A stretch of 64,000 bases of DNA, taken from the sequence record NC_134264.1, one strand, 5' to 3'. Under the pieces are notes generated by a model. The model made no database searches. It was not told where the DNA came from and saw only the letters and a list, made by a program, of their open reading frames with translations. Both the position numbers and the translations under genes were made by a program. Positions 20,467 through 31,010 of this stretch are shown piece by piece (positions within the stretch are counted from its first letter, which is position 1; each line of letters starts with the position of its first letter). The stretch comes from Escherichia phage Lindwurm.

Positions 20467-21219
20467 ATGGGAAAAGCACGTCAAAAAAGAGAGAACCGCA
20501 ATGGTTCAAGAAAGTGTGGCAACAAATATGAGAATAACGTAATTCAGGCTGATTTTTCTAATGATTACGCTAACCCAGTTGCTAAATCCCTAGTAGGTAA
20601 AAACCGCGAGCAAAAATCATATATCAATATGATCAAGAACAACACAGTGACTGTGGGTATCGGTGAGCCAGGTACTGGTAAAACCTTTATTCCGTCCGTT
20701 CTTGCAGCTCAGGAACTCGTAGACATTCACTCAGATATTGAGCAAGTGATCCTCGTACGTCCTAATGAACCTCTAGGTAAGTCTCTTGGTATGCTTCCTG
20801 GTGATCTAGCGGAAAAGCTAGAGCCTTGGTTGGAGCCAATAGCTGATGGTATGAAATGGGCCATCGGCGATCATGCATATAAGGGATATGTCGAACGTCA
20901 GAAAATTAAATTTTTGGCTATCGAACATGCTCGTGGCAGAACTTTCAACAACTCCTATGTAATTGTCGATGAAGCTCAGAATATTTCCGTTGAGGCAATG
21001 ATTTGTCTCCTAACTCGTGTAGGACAAGACTGCCGTTTAATTATCTGCGGAGATATAGCTCAGAAAGACATTAAAGGTGACTCAGGTCTAGCACTCCTTA
21101 TGGAAGTCTATGAGAAATACGAAAATGCCCCATTCTCAATGATCGAATTGATTGATAACGTTCGTTCTGTTGAGTCTAAAGCATTCTATGATATTTTTAA
21201 AGACATGGGGAAGGTGTAA
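20467..21219 (+). CDS. phoH: PhoH-like ATPase
   Basis: Walker A GEPGTGKTF; VIVDEAQN; ATG 20467 with AGGAG RBS (track ORF begins upstream at GTG). Confidence 0.85.
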   Translation: MGKARQKRENRNGSRKCGNKYENNVIQADFSNDYANPVAKSLVGKNREQKSYINMIKNNTVTVGIGEPGTGKTFIPSVLAAQELVDIHSDIEQVILVRPNEPLGKSLGMLPGDLAEKLEPWLEPIADGMKWAIGDHAYKGYVERQKIKFLAIEHARGRTFNNSYVIVDEAQNISVEAMICLLTRVGQDCRLIICGDIAQKDIKGDSGLALLMEVYEKYENAPFSMIELIDNVRSVESKAFYDIFKDMGKV

Positions 21220-21220
21220 T

Positions 21221-21442
21221 ATGGGAAACGTCGTTCATCTGAGCCGTAAAACTAAAATACATCGTACTTCACTGAGTGCTGCTAATATGATTACACGTAA
21301 GGAAGGGGAAGAAAGTCCTAAGACAACCCTAGCGTGGAAAATTGTAACCTCAAATCCAAATAAACCATTCAATTATAACGAGCTGAGCACCTCCATAGAT
21401 ATTCTATTAAAAGAAGTAGCTAGAGCTAAAGTAATTGAATAA
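21221..21442 (+). CDS. hypothetical protein
   Basis: 73 aa from ATG 21221 overlapping phoH stop. Confidence 0.45.
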   Translation: MGNVVHLSRKTKIHRTSLSAANMITRKEGEESPKTTLAWKIVTSNPNKPFNYNELSTSIDILLKEVARAKVIE

Positions 21443-21470
21443 GCTAAAAAGCTAGACTGGTAGTATACAG

Positions 21471-21500
21471 GGCCTGAGTATGAAAATACTCGGGCCTTTT
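21471..21500 (+). terminator. rho-independent terminator
   Basis: 11-bp stem GGCCTGAGTAT/ATACTCGGGCC, GAAA tetraloop, TTTT. Confidence 0.65.
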
Positions 21501-21517
21501 CTATCAGAAAATTTTAT

Positions 21518-21546
21518 TTGCCTAATGACCGATAATAAAGTAGAAT
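21518..21546 (+). promoter_or_regulatory. promoter upstream of nrdA
   Basis: TTGCCT-17-TAGAAT. Confidence 0.5.
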
Positions 21547-21585
21547 ATTCCTTAAATCCTGATAACTATAAAAAGGAAAGCCAAA

Positions 21586-23915
21586 TGAGCCATCGCATTG
21601 AAAAAGTAATTAAACGTGACGGTACTGTAGAAGACTTTGCTCCTGAAAAACTCAATGGTTGGGCAGAGTATGGTTGCAAAACAGTTGATGTAAGTTGGTC
21701 AGCCATTACTATGGCTGCTCAAAAAACTCTGCCTAAAGGGGTTGTAGATTCCGACACTCTGATGGATGCATTAATTAAAGCTGCTGAAAGTCTTATCAAA
21801 GATAACCCAGCATACGATGTACCAGCAAAGGAATTACGTCTTGCGCAAATGCGTAAACGCCTTTATGACTCTTTCGAACCACCTTCTCTACGCTTCTTCC
21901 ATGACCATATGGTTAGCGTAGGTGCATGGGAAGACATGAGTGCATGGATTACAGATGAGCAATTTGAAGCTCTGAATCAGGTTATCGACCATGATCGTGA
22001 CCGTCTTTTTACTAGTGGTGGACTGAAGCAGTTCTTTGATAAGTATTCCCGTCGTAACATAGCCACTGGTGAAATTTACGAAACTCCGCAGTTTGCCTAC
22101 ATGGGTATGGCAATGGCGATGCTATCTCAACCTAACTGGACAATTCTAGATGCAATCGATCTCTACAACGCAATGTCACTCCACAAAATCAACGTTCCTA
22201 CGCCGCCACTGGTTGGTCTGCGCTCTAGTGACCGTGGATTTGCTAGTTGCTGCCTCGTGGATTCCACTGACACGTTGGATTCAATCGACACCGCCGAGCA
22301 CATCGTCTTCAAAATGGTCGCAGCCAGAGCGGGAATCGGGTATCATCTTGAAAGCCGATCAATTGCTGATCCGGTGCGAAATGGGGCATTCCCGCATTCC
22401 GGAAAACTGCCATATTATCGACACATTGACCGCTCAGTAAAGGCCAATACTCAGCAAACTCGTGGTGGTTCTGCTACAGTGTCTTATCCATACTTCGACC
22501 CTGAAATCATTCAATTGATGCAGGTTAAGCAACAACGTGCTACAGATGAGAATAAAATCGATAAGATGGATTATTCTCTGAGCTTTAACAATCTTTTGTT
22601 AAAACGTTATCTTAAAAACGAAGATATTACGCTAATGTCATACTTCTATGCTCCAGAAGTTCATGAAGCGTTTTATAGTGATGACGAGGCTAAATTTGAA
22701 GAAATCTACGTGGCAGCGGAGAAACGTGTGGCATCTCTTACAAAGATCGACCACGAAGGAAGAACAGTTCCTGCAGCTCCTAAAGTCTCTGCAAAAGAAA
22801 TCCTAGATACTTGGCTACGTATCCGAATGGAAACAGGACGTATGTATGCTCATCACATCGGGGAATCTAACCGTCACGGTAACTTCCTTGATCCGATCCG
22901 TATGACAAACCTTTGTGTTGAAATTACTCAGCCTACACGCCCGTTCCATCATATCACGGAACTGTATAAGACAAAAGAGCAGCTTGATCAAATGAAGCCG
23001 GAGGATATCGGTGAAGTATCTCTGTGTAACTTAGGTGGTGTTGTACTTGGACGCATGGAATCTCTGGCTGAGTGGGAAAAAACTTGCTACATCCTTCTGA
23101 AATTCGTTGATACAATTATTGAAATTCAGGATTATCCATTCCCAACTATGGAGTATACGGCTAAGAAACGTCGTAATGTTGGTATTGGCCTGATGAACGC
23201 AGCAGGTGCAATGGCAGCAGAAGGTCTGGCTTACGAAGGTATTGAAGCTCGTAACTGGATCCACCGTGAGGCTGAAAAACTGTCTTACTTCCTGCATAAA
23301 GCCTCTGTACGCCTAGCTAAAGAACAGGGCGCATGTGAGTGGTTTGATCGTACTAAACCGTCTAAAGGAATTCTGGTAATCGACACGTACAAGAAAACTG
23401 TTGATGAACTGGTATCCGTAGGTCTAGAAATGGATTGGGAGTCTCTGCGTGCAGATATTCTGAAATATGGTATGCGTAACTCTGTTCTGACTGCTCAGAT
23501 GCCAGGAGAAAGTTCTTCTGTTCTGTTAGGTGTTACTAACTCTATCGAACCACCTCGTAAGATTGTATCTATCAAGGGTAGTGCAGTAAATAAAGTAATT
23601 GCAATTGCTCCGGGTGCAACCGATTGGGAAACGTTAATGAGCTATAAACTGGCTTATGATGTAGATCGTATCGAGTGGATCAAGTGGGTAGCAACTATGC
23701 AGAAATTCTTCAGTCAGTCTATCAGTACGAATATGTATTATGACTACACCAAGTTTGAGAATGAAATCATTCCTGGCCCAGTAGTAGTTCGTGATTTCAT
23801 GACTGCTGTTAAGTATGGGTGGAAAACTTGGTATTATGCTAACTTCAATACCGCAAATGGTGGAGGTGCTGGAGAAGAAGCAGCCGGTTGTGCATCCGGT
23901 GGTTGTACTATTTAA
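21586..23915 (+). CDS. nrdA: ribonucleotide reductase class Ia large subunit
   Basis: ATP-cone VIKRDGTVEDF, active-site NLCVEI, C-terminal Cys pair; start ATG 21586 with AAAGGAAAG RBS (track ORF is an upstream extension). Confidence 0.9.
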
Positions 23916-23923
23916 TAAAAACA

Positions 23924-23950
23924 AGGAGATCTTCGGGTCTCCTTTTTCTT
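23924..23950 (+). terminator. rho-independent terminator
   Basis: AGGAGATC-TTCG-GGTCTCCT hairpin followed by TTTTTCTTT. Confidence 0.65.
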
Positions 23951-24021
23951 TGAAATTTTACTTGCTAATCGCTACCAGATTTGCTATAATATTCCTGAAA
24001 TAGTGAGAAAGAGGAAAATCA

Positions 24022-25167
24022 ATGACTACTTTACTAAACCTGAATTGGGATCATACTAACGCTGACCTTTTCCTGGGAGATTCTCTCGGTATCGCAGATT
24101 ATGTACGTGTAGCACATCCAGAACTAGAGCGTCTGGCACTTCTGCAACGCTCTCAATTTTGGACTGAAACTGAAATCAGTCTGGAAGCAGATAAGAAACA
24201 ATGGCCTAATCTCCCACGGGAAATTCAGGAAATTACACTCCTGAACTTAGCCTGGCAGACTCAAACAGATTCCTTTATCAGTCGTGCTCCTGAAGCAGCT
24301 ATTATGCCGCTTGTAAGTCGTCCAGAATTGGAAGGTATGCTCAAGCAGTGGAGCTACTTCGAAGATCTGCATAGTCGTGCTTATAGCAATATTATTCGTA
24401 ATGTGCTAACTGATCCAGCAGAATTTATTGATTCTGTAACCAAAAACCAAGAAGCATTCGCACGCATCGCTGATTCTGTTGAACTATTCGATGAACTGTA
24501 CCAGTTAGGTCAGTATTTCATCGCAGTACGCGATCATCGTGGCGACAATACATATCCAGAAACTGAGTTCCCTGAAGTTAAACGTGAAACTCAGGCTAAG
24601 CTATTAGATGCTTACTTTGCGATCTACGGTCTGGAAGCAATGCAGTTTTACGCATCCTTTGCATGTACCTTTGCACTAGCAGAGAACGATATTCTGCAAG
24701 GTATTGCTAAAAATCTGCAATTAATCGCTAAAGATGAAGCTCTGCACACTCAGATGTCCAAAGCAATCATCCAGATTATGTTCCAGCAGTTTGACAAAGA
24801 TCTGGTGGATGAAGCAGTGGCTAAAGCACCAGCACAGCTCCTGAAAACTCTGAAAACTGAAATTGAATGGGGTCATTTCATTTTCAAAGGTCGTAGTCTG
24901 ATTGGCTTGAATGCAGAACTTCTAGAAGAATATCTGTACTTTGTGGGGCGTAATGCGTTTATGCACATTGGTGTAGAATGGCCTAGTCATTTACCAGTAA
25001 TCACCAAAAACCCTATTCCGTGGATCATGAACTGGTTGGATACCACTTCTTTACAGCCTGCTCCACAAGAAATCCAGATTGGTGCAGCCTACCGTGTAGG
25101 TCAGGTAACTGAGACCTCTACGGATACTCTAAAAGATCTGGGCAATGAATTTGGAGATTTCTTATGA
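24022..25167 (+). CDS. nrdB: ribonucleotide reductase small subunit
   Basis: 381 aa; di-iron ligand region EALHT; follows nrdA. Confidence 0.85.
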   Translation: MTTLLNLNWDHTNADLFLGDSLGIADYVRVAHPELERLALLQRSQFWTETEISLEADKKQWPNLPREIQEITLLNLAWQTQTDSFISRAPEAAIMPLVSRPELEGMLKQWSYFEDLHSRAYSNIIRNVLTDPAEFIDSVTKNQEAFARIADSVELFDELYQLGQYFIAVRDHRGDNTYPETEFPEVKRETQAKLLDAYFAIYGLEAMQFYASFACTFALAENDILQGIAKNLQLIAKDEALHTQMSKAIIQIMFQQFDKDLVDEAVAKAPAQLLKTLKTEIEWGHFIFKGRSLIGLNAELLEEYLYFVGRNAFMHIGVEWPSHLPVITKNPIPWIMNWLDTTSLQPAPQEIQIGAAYRVGQVTETSTDTLKDLGNEFGDFL

Positions 25168-25697
25168 TAACGGCATTATATGCAGTTGGGCCGAATGGGG
25201 AGTTCGGCCTCCGAGGTAAACTCCCCTGGGGTTCCTTCAGAGAAGAACTAGATGCTTTCTACTCTCAACTGGACGTGTTGAACCCAGATAACATCATCAT
25301 TGGTGCGGGTACTTATTTAGCACTTCCAGAAGTTGTTCGGCAACGTATGATTGGAGAATCTGACCTCTTTATTCGTGCGGATCGTCCTCTGCCTGATGAT
25401 ATTAAACATGGTATCTATACCCCAATTTCAAAGATTGGGGATACATTACCTACGTTCTTAAAAGATCAGCAGACAGTGGTTTTAGGTGGTGCAACATTAC
25501 TGTACGAAATGTATATTCATGGACATATTGAAAGTGCTTTTGTATCCACAATCTTTAGTACTCAAAAACTAGAGGCAGATGTATATCTGGATAATACGAT
25601 TCTAGATTACAACTATGAATCTACTCGTTTAGTTTACGCAACTGGCGCAAACAGTGATAACAGCCTGCGATTTGTACAGGAATTGGTTACTTATTAA
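25164..25697 (+). CDS. dihydrofolate reductase
   Basis: N-terminal ITALYAVGPNGEFGLRGKLPW, DHFR-like; sits between nrdB and thyA. Confidence 0.7.
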   Translation: MITALYAVGPNGEFGLRGKLPWGSFREELDAFYSQLDVLNPDNIIIGAGTYLALPEVVRQRMIGESDLFIRADRPLPDDIKHGIYTPISKIGDTLPTFLKDQQTVVLGGATLLYEMYIHGHIESAFVSTIFSTQKLEADVYLDNTILDYNYESTRLVYATGANSDNSLRFVQELVTY

Positions 25698-26536
25698 TGC
25701 AACAATATTTAAAAATTCTAACAGATGTAATTTTACTGGGTGAACCACGTAACGATCGTACAGGGACAGGCACGGTTTCAATTTTTGATTCCTATGCTAA
25801 GTTCGACCTACGTGAAGGATTTCCCGCCGTAACCACTAAACGTCTAGCTTGGAAATCAGTAGTTGGAGAACTCCTATGGTTTTTATCTGGATCTACAAAT
25901 CTCCATGATCTGCGAGTATTCACATTTGGGCGTGACGAAGGACAGTGGACTATCTGGACTCCAAATTATGAAGACCAAGCTATAAGTATGGGCTATGACA
26001 ACGGTAATCTAGGACCAGTATATGGTAAACAGTGGCGTAACTTTGGCGGACGAGATCAGATTCTAGAACTCATTGAGGGTCTCAAGAATAATCCACATGG
26101 TCGTAGACACCTAGTATCTGCATGGAACGTAGCTGAACTGGATAAGATGGCATTACCACCATGTCACTATGGTTTCCAATGTTACGTAAGTAATGATGGA
26201 TACTTAGACCTTAAATGGACACAACGTTCTGTAGACTGTTTTCTAGGCCTACCTTTCAATATTGCTAGTTATGCTTTATTAACACATATCCTAGCAAAAT
26301 TGACTGGATTAAAACCTCGTTATCTCATCTTTAGTGGTGGAGATACACATATCTACAGTGATCATATAGAGCAAGTAGAGGAGCAAATGAAACGTAAACC
26401 ACGTCCTTTGCCAACTCTAGTAATGCCAGAGTTTGTAGATCTCTATGATTTATTAGAGAATAATACTGCGGCTTGGTCTTTCAAGCTGGAAGGGTATGAT
26501 CCGCATCCAGCTCTTAAAGCTAAAATGTCCTCTTAA
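25697..26536 (+). CDS. thyA: thymidylate synthase
   Basis: RNDRTGTGT, active-site LPPCH. Confidence 0.9.
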   Translation: MQQYLKILTDVILLGEPRNDRTGTGTVSIFDSYAKFDLREGFPAVTTKRLAWKSVVGELLWFLSGSTNLHDLRVFTFGRDEGQWTIWTPNYEDQAISMGYDNGNLGPVYGKQWRNFGGRDQILELIEGLKNNPHGRRHLVSAWNVAELDKMALPPCHYGFQCYVSNDGYLDLKWTQRSVDCFLGLPFNIASYALLTHILAKLTGLKPRYLIFSGGDTHIYSDHIEQVEEQMKRKPRPLPTLVMPEFVDLYDLLENNTAAWSFKLEGYDPHPALKAKMSS

Positions 26537-26542
26537 CTTAAG

Positions 26543-26566
26543 TAGCCCTTCGGGGCTATTATATTT
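26543..26566 (+). terminator. rho-independent terminator
   Basis: TAGCCC-TTCG-GGGCTA hairpin followed by U-rich tract. Confidence 0.6.
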
Positions 26567-26687
26567 GAAATTGTACTTGCTTATTAAGTACAATTTCAAA
26601 TATAATATACTCAATAAGTACAAAAGGATAATAAAATGAGTAGAGAAATTGAATTAGAACAAGCCCTTCTGAATTTACTCCAATTAC

Positions 26688-27020
26688 TTGCAGGGTGATA
26701 AAGAAACTATTACTAAGGAACAGGTATTATTAATACTAGACTCTATCACTTCTAAATTCAGGACTTTAGAAGACTACTACTCTGTAGGCAATGGAGATGA
26801 GAAGGTAGAGTTATGTCTAAATCTCCTAGAAGATATGGGTTGGGATGAGGAAGATCAAGTAGGATATTTAGGTATATCTACAGAAATTCTAGAAAATACA
26901 GAGCATGAAAATATACTTGAAGTAAAGAGCAGAAGTGCTATTCGGTATAATACTTATGGTACAGGTATTACAGGAATAAAAGCATTACTTAGTATAGATA
27001 TAGGATGGTTAGATGAATAA
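26688..27020 (+). CDS. hypothetical protein; start unresolved (possible frameshift from the 26636 ATG)
   Basis: track ORF starts at TTG; a 20-codon ORF with good RBS at 26636 ends in TGA at 26696-26698 in the -1 frame. Confidence 0.4.
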   Translation: MQGDKETITKEQVLLILDSITSKFRTLEDYYSVGNGDEKVELCLNLLEDMGWDEEDQVGYLGISTEILENTEHENILEVKSRSAIRYNTYGTGITGIKALLSIDIGWLDE

Positions 27021-27561
27021 AAAGTTACCTAGCCAAGAAAGATTAAAAGAATTATTAATCTATGATCCAGATACCGGTATATTTACTAATAAGGTAAGTC
27101 GTGGTAGGGGAGGAAAAGCAGGTTCACCCGCTGGATACCTAAGAAAAGATGGCTATATAACTATTAAGATAGATAAAATAGATTATTTAGCACATAGACT
27201 AGCCTTTCTATACATGACAGGATCAATACCAGATTTAATAGACCACAAAAATAGGATTAGGTCAGATAATAGGTGGATAAACCTAAGAGAAGCTACAAGC
27301 CAGTCTAATAATAGAAACTGTACCGCATCGAGTAAATCTGGATATCTAGGTGTACACTGGAACAAACAATTACAGAAATGGCAAGTACAGGTGATTGATA
27401 ATAAAGGTAAAAATATTTATGGGGGTGTTTTTGACTACTTAGACCTAGAAAGTGCGGTCATAAAGGCTAATGAACTGAGAAAAACACTTCATGGTAGCGA
27501 AGCAGTTATAGAAGATTTCTATACTAACTATTACCCACCAGTAGAGGAACTTAATAAGTGA
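27013..27561 (+). CDS. HNH homing endonuclease
   Basis: IDHKNRIRSDNRWINLREATSQSNNRN. Confidence 0.75.
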   Translation: MNKKLPSQERLKELLIYDPDTGIFTNKVSRGRGGKAGSPAGYLRKDGYITIKIDKIDYLAHRLAFLYMTGSIPDLIDHKNRIRSDNRWINLREATSQSNNRNCTASSKSGYLGVHWNKQLQKWQVQVIDNKGKNIYGGVFDYLDLESAVIKANELRKTLHGSEAVIEDFYTNYYPPVEELNK

Positions 27562-28034
27562 GCGTTTTCCACATTTACACAGATGGTGCTTGTAAGTCTA
27601 ACCCAGGTCCAGGTGCTTGGGGTTTTATTGTCTATGATGATAACGACGATCGTTTAGGTTCTAAATCTGGTTATAATCCTAAAACTACAAATAATGAGAT
27701 GGAACTCACAGCTATTGTAGAAGCTCTACGTTGGTCTGTTAAAAAAGATAATAGACCAATTGCTATCTATACTGACTCTGCTTATTGCAAAAACGGCATG
27801 GAAAGTTGGATGTTTTCTTGGCAAAGGAAAGGCTGGAAGAAAGCAGATGGTGAAGTTCCTCTTAATCTAGAACTTTGGCAGGAAGCATTTAAATTAACAC
27901 AGCAGTATATCAACTTTCATAATACTAATCCTACCTTTATTAAGGTTAAAGGACATTCTGGTATTAGTGGTAATGAAGCTGTAGATGCATTGTGTAATAC
28001 TGTTATTACTGAGCAAGAACTTGCCGAGATGTGA
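27558..28034 (+). CDS. rnhA: ribonuclease H
   Basis: IYTDGACKSNPGPGAWG ... ELTAI ... YTDSAY RNase H1 motifs. Confidence 0.85.
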   Translation: MSVFHIYTDGACKSNPGPGAWGFIVYDDNDDRLGSKSGYNPKTTNNEMELTAIVEALRWSVKKDNRPIAIYTDSAYCKNGMESWMFSWQRKGWKKADGEVPLNLELWQEAFKLTQQYINFHNTNPTFIKVKGHSGISGNEAVDALCNTVITEQELAEM

Positions 28035-28110
28035 TAAATAAATTAAAAATTTTCTTGCTTAAAGCCCTCTAATTTAGTATAATATTCGTATTGAAAGTGA
28101 GGAGGGCTTT

Positions 28111-28395
28111 ATGCGGATTTATAACTCAAATTCATTAGGATTTAAACCATTGAGAAAACGTGCACAATCACCTCGTCAAATAAGAAAGGCTAATATTGGT
28201 GAGCCAGAGACACGACTTCCACCTCCTCCAGAACAACGTTTAGTTTATCTGGACGAAGAATTAGCGGAACGCGAAAGAAAAGCTCAAGAAGAGATTGAGC
28301 GTAAGAAAATGTGTACTGCTCCAGCCTACTCCAAAGGGGCTTATCAGTATATCTATACAGCCGAGGAGGCTAAAGATGCGGGGCGTAAAAAATGA
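28111..28395 (+). CDS. hypothetical protein
   Basis: 94-aa ORF. Confidence 0.5.
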   Translation: MRIYNSNSLGFKPLRKRAQSPRQIRKANIGEPETRLPPPPEQRLVYLDEELAERERKAQEEIERKKMCTAPAYSKGAYQYIYTAEEAKDAGRKK

Positions 28396-28841
28396 AGATT
28401 ACCGAATTTAAAGGTACTTATAGTTTCTTATCTAACTTTTATTTATCACCAATCACTTTCGAATACCTAAACGAGATATGGCATGCTGATACTGTAGAAC
28501 ATGCTTTTCAGGCTATGAAATCCGACCAAAAAGATGATGTAGCTCATGTACTGCGCTCCCTAAATGCAGGAGTTGCCAAACGTAGAGGACGTAAATTAAC
28601 TCTACGCTCTGACTGGGATAAGGTAAAAGATGATGTAATGCTAGAGCTTTTACGGTTAAAGTTTGCAATACCTGATTTGAGAGACAAACTGTTAGCAACA
28701 AAAAATGCAACTTTGATCGAAGGAAATACCTGGGGAGATACATATTGGGGTGTTTGTCGAGGCATCGGGGATAATACTCTAGGTGTTCTTTTGATGCAGG
28801 TAAGGTCTGAAATTAAAAGAAGCTTACAGTTAATAAATTAA
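28392..28841 (+). CDS. NADAR (YbiA-like) domain protein
   Basis: YSFLSNFYLSPITFE...WHADTVEHAFQAMK...TWGDTYWG typical of NADAR/DUF1768. Confidence 0.65.
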   Translation: MKITEFKGTYSFLSNFYLSPITFEYLNEIWHADTVEHAFQAMKSDQKDDVAHVLRSLNAGVAKRRGRKLTLRSDWDKVKDDVMLELLRLKFAIPDLRDKLLATKNATLIEGNTWGDTYWGVCRGIGDNTLGVLLMQVRSEIKRSLQLIN

Positions 28842-28849
28842 AAATTCAT

Positions 28850-28878
28850 TTGCTAAACGCTTCAAATTCTCGTATAAT
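28850..28878 (+). promoter_or_regulatory. early-type promoter
   Basis: TTGCTA-17-TATAAT then CATAAATTGATAAACAAAAAGGAAAA. Confidence 0.6.
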
Positions 28879-28916
28879 ATACTTCATAAATTGATAAACA
28901 AAAAGGAAAACAAATA

Positions 28917-29432
28917 ATGGCTAAGCAGAAAAACGCAAAAACTCAAGCAGCTCCGGCAGTTAAAACTTTCCCGCAGACCGAGGCTAATCGCAAAGCTCGC
29001 CTGGAACGTCACCTGCGTAAGCATCCTACCGATACCCAGGCTGCGCAAGCACTGAATAATCCGGCTCCGATTCGTAAGAAGCCTAAAGCTAAAAATGCCG
29101 CCCGTAAATCCTACAAAATGGTTATGTATGTAGAAAATTACGGACACAAATCTGTCCCAGTTTCCCTGAGCTTCAACGCTGGGGCTGAATTGTTCTCTCG
29201 TAATGGTATGTCTATGAAAGACTATGAGAAGGCAGTTAACCAGAAGCGTAAACCAACAGCAGATGTATTGCGTGATACTCGTGGACAGTTTGGTTCTGTT
29301 AAGCCAAATATCCTTGGCGTAGAGTATAGTAAAGATAATGTTCGTGCTCTGTGTTACGGTGTAGGCATTAAATTCACTGGTGATTCTGCTCGTAAATCTG
29401 CTAAACCAGCTCGCAAGCGTAAAGCGAAGTAA
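28917..29432 (+). CDS. hypothetical basic protein
   Basis: 171 aa, Lys/Arg-rich ends. Confidence 0.55.
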   Translation: MAKQKNAKTQAAPAVKTFPQTEANRKARLERHLRKHPTDTQAAQALNNPAPIRKKPKAKNAARKSYKMVMYVENYGHKSVPVSLSFNAGAELFSRNGMSMKDYEKAVNQKRKPTADVLRDTRGQFGSVKPNILGVEYSKDNVRALCYGVGIKFTGDSARKSAKPARKRKAK

Positions 29433-29495
29433 CAGGTAAATAGGGGCGAAAGCCCCTACAATCGACTAATTCTCTAACTAATCAAGGATATTTTT

Positions 29496-29711
29496 ATGTT
29501 CTCTAAGAAACCACGTTCTGTTACTGAAATCGTTGCTTCCTTTACCACTATCACTGATGAGCTTCAAGCTCGTATTGAGGCTGATCAAAAAATCGCTGCT
29601 GATATTCAGAAACAGCAGGAAGAACTCGCTTTAAAGTTGGCTGAAACCAACAAGAGTGAAAAATCTGCCCAAACTATTAAGGAAAATATCCTTAAACTGC
29701 TGGGCAAGTGA
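29496..29711 (+). CDS. hypothetical protein
   Basis: 71 aa, coiled-coil-like. Confidence 0.5.
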   Translation: MFSKKPRSVTEIVASFTTITDELQARIEADQKIAADIQKQQEELALKLAETNKSEKSAQTIKENILKLLGK

Positions 29712-29752
29712 TTTAGATCAGGGGGCGAAAGCCTCTCTTATTTGGAGAAACT

Positions 29753-29974
29753 ATGCGTAATTTTGTAGCAAAGAATGATTTTAACCGTGCTAGCACCCAT
29801 AAGTCAGCTAGGGATTATACACGACTTTCTAGTCATGAGGTAATGGATCTAGCAGTGGATGAGTTAGACTTAGATGACCTCTATATGGAAGAAAACTGGG
29901 ATGTCAGTGAGGATATGCTTCCTGGTTTTAAAGACCCCAAGAAGTGGGAGTCTATTAAAGAGACAGCTCTTTAA
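29753..29974 (+). CDS. hypothetical protein
   Basis: 73 aa. Confidence 0.5.
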   Translation: MRNFVAKNDFNRASTHKSARDYTRLSSHEVMDLAVDELDLDDLYMEENWDVSEDMLPGFKDPKKWESIKETAL

Positions 29975-30002
29975 TAGTTTTCTACACAATAAAGGATAAG
30001 TT

Positions 30003-30704
30003 ATGAAAGTAAAACCATTTGGTATGCTAGATATTGAATCTCTAGGAACTCCAGGAGATTGTGGTACTACTCATATCGCAATGCCTTCTTTCGCTTTTGT
30101 GGCTATGCATGGAATTGATAAAGACCCTGACTTAGTATTTGTTACTTTGGATGTGCAGGATCAGCTTAATTCTGGTGCCAAAGTTACAGCATCTACTCTA
30201 GCATTCTGGATGGATCAGGCTAAACATAGCCCGTCTGCTATCCACATTATGGAAGCTATGAATGAGCGTAATCCAAAACTGATTGCCTTCCAAAATGGTA
30301 AACATCATTGCACTAATAAACTTGGCTCTAACCATGCTGCCTTCTCTATGGCTCAAAATATTATGGAGTTGGCTCTAGGCGAAAATGCTTTGTATTATGG
30401 CAATGGCCCAGAGTTTGATATGACTATCTACTCTGCAAACACTTTCCATGCTGGAACCAATGAAGAAATAGTTCCGTGGAAATTCTGGAACTTGGGTAAT
30501 GTTAGATCTCTTCGTAATCTCTGGATGCAAACTGGCTATAGTTATAAAGCTCTAGAAACCGAAGGTATTAGCTGGGCAATAGCTAAAATGGAGAAGATGG
30601 ACACCATTCGTTATGGGATCTATCCGGTTAAGCACGATCCAGCATTCGATGCCCTAGTTGAGAGCTATTGTGTTGCAGCTATGATCGAAAAAGTGAAAAT
30701 TTGA
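30003..30704 (+). CDS. putative DEDD-type 3'-5' exonuclease
   Basis: LDIESLG (Exo I D-x-E), YGNGPEFD, HDPAFD (H-x4-D). Confidence 0.55.
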   Translation: MKVKPFGMLDIESLGTPGDCGTTHIAMPSFAFVAMHGIDKDPDLVFVTLDVQDQLNSGAKVTASTLAFWMDQAKHSPSAIHIMEAMNERNPKLIAFQNGKHHCTNKLGSNHAAFSMAQNIMELALGENALYYGNGPEFDMTIYSANTFHAGTNEEIVPWKFWNLGNVRSLRNLWMQTGYSYKALETEGISWAIAKMEKMDTIRYGIYPVKHDPAFDALVESYCVAAMIEKVKI

Positions 30705-30733
30705 TTTGCTTCCGGCTCCAAAATTCTGTATAA
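30705..30733 (+). promoter_or_regulatory. early-type promoter
   Basis: TTGCTT-17-TATAAT. Confidence 0.6.
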
Positions 30734-30774
30734 TATATTCATAAATTTGAGAAAACAATAAAAGGAAAACAAAT

Positions 30775-30957
30775 ATGCCAGTATCTAAAAATGTTCGTAA
30801 AAATGGTAAGAAAGCTACTCGTAATCTGGGTATCCGTCGTATGGCTGAACGTCAATCAGGTATCCAGAAAATCTTTGATCTGCTAAATCGTGCTAATCCT
30901 AAAATTGATAACAGTAACGATACTGTTCTGCGCACTCTGCTGGCAATTGGTCTGTAA
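30775..30957 (+). CDS. hypothetical protein
   Basis: 60 aa, basic. Confidence 0.5.
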   Translation: MPVSKNVRKNGKKATRNLGIRRMAERQSGIQKIFDLLNRANPKIDNSNDTVLRTLLAIGL

Positions 30958-31010
30958 TAGACCAAATTTAAACAAATTCAAATCTCAAACTTCATATAAG
31001 GAAGCAAATA

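Noticed and set aside
21480-21585. Upstream extension of the nrdA ORF in the track
   Set aside because: Extension covers a terminator hairpin and promoter; ATG at 21586 with RBS, and the ATP-cone starts there.
29433-29745. GGGGCGAAAGCC(CC) hairpins after two small genes as terminators
   Set aside because: GNRA hairpins are present but not followed by a clear U-tract; could be processing or stability elements, so not annotated as terminators.
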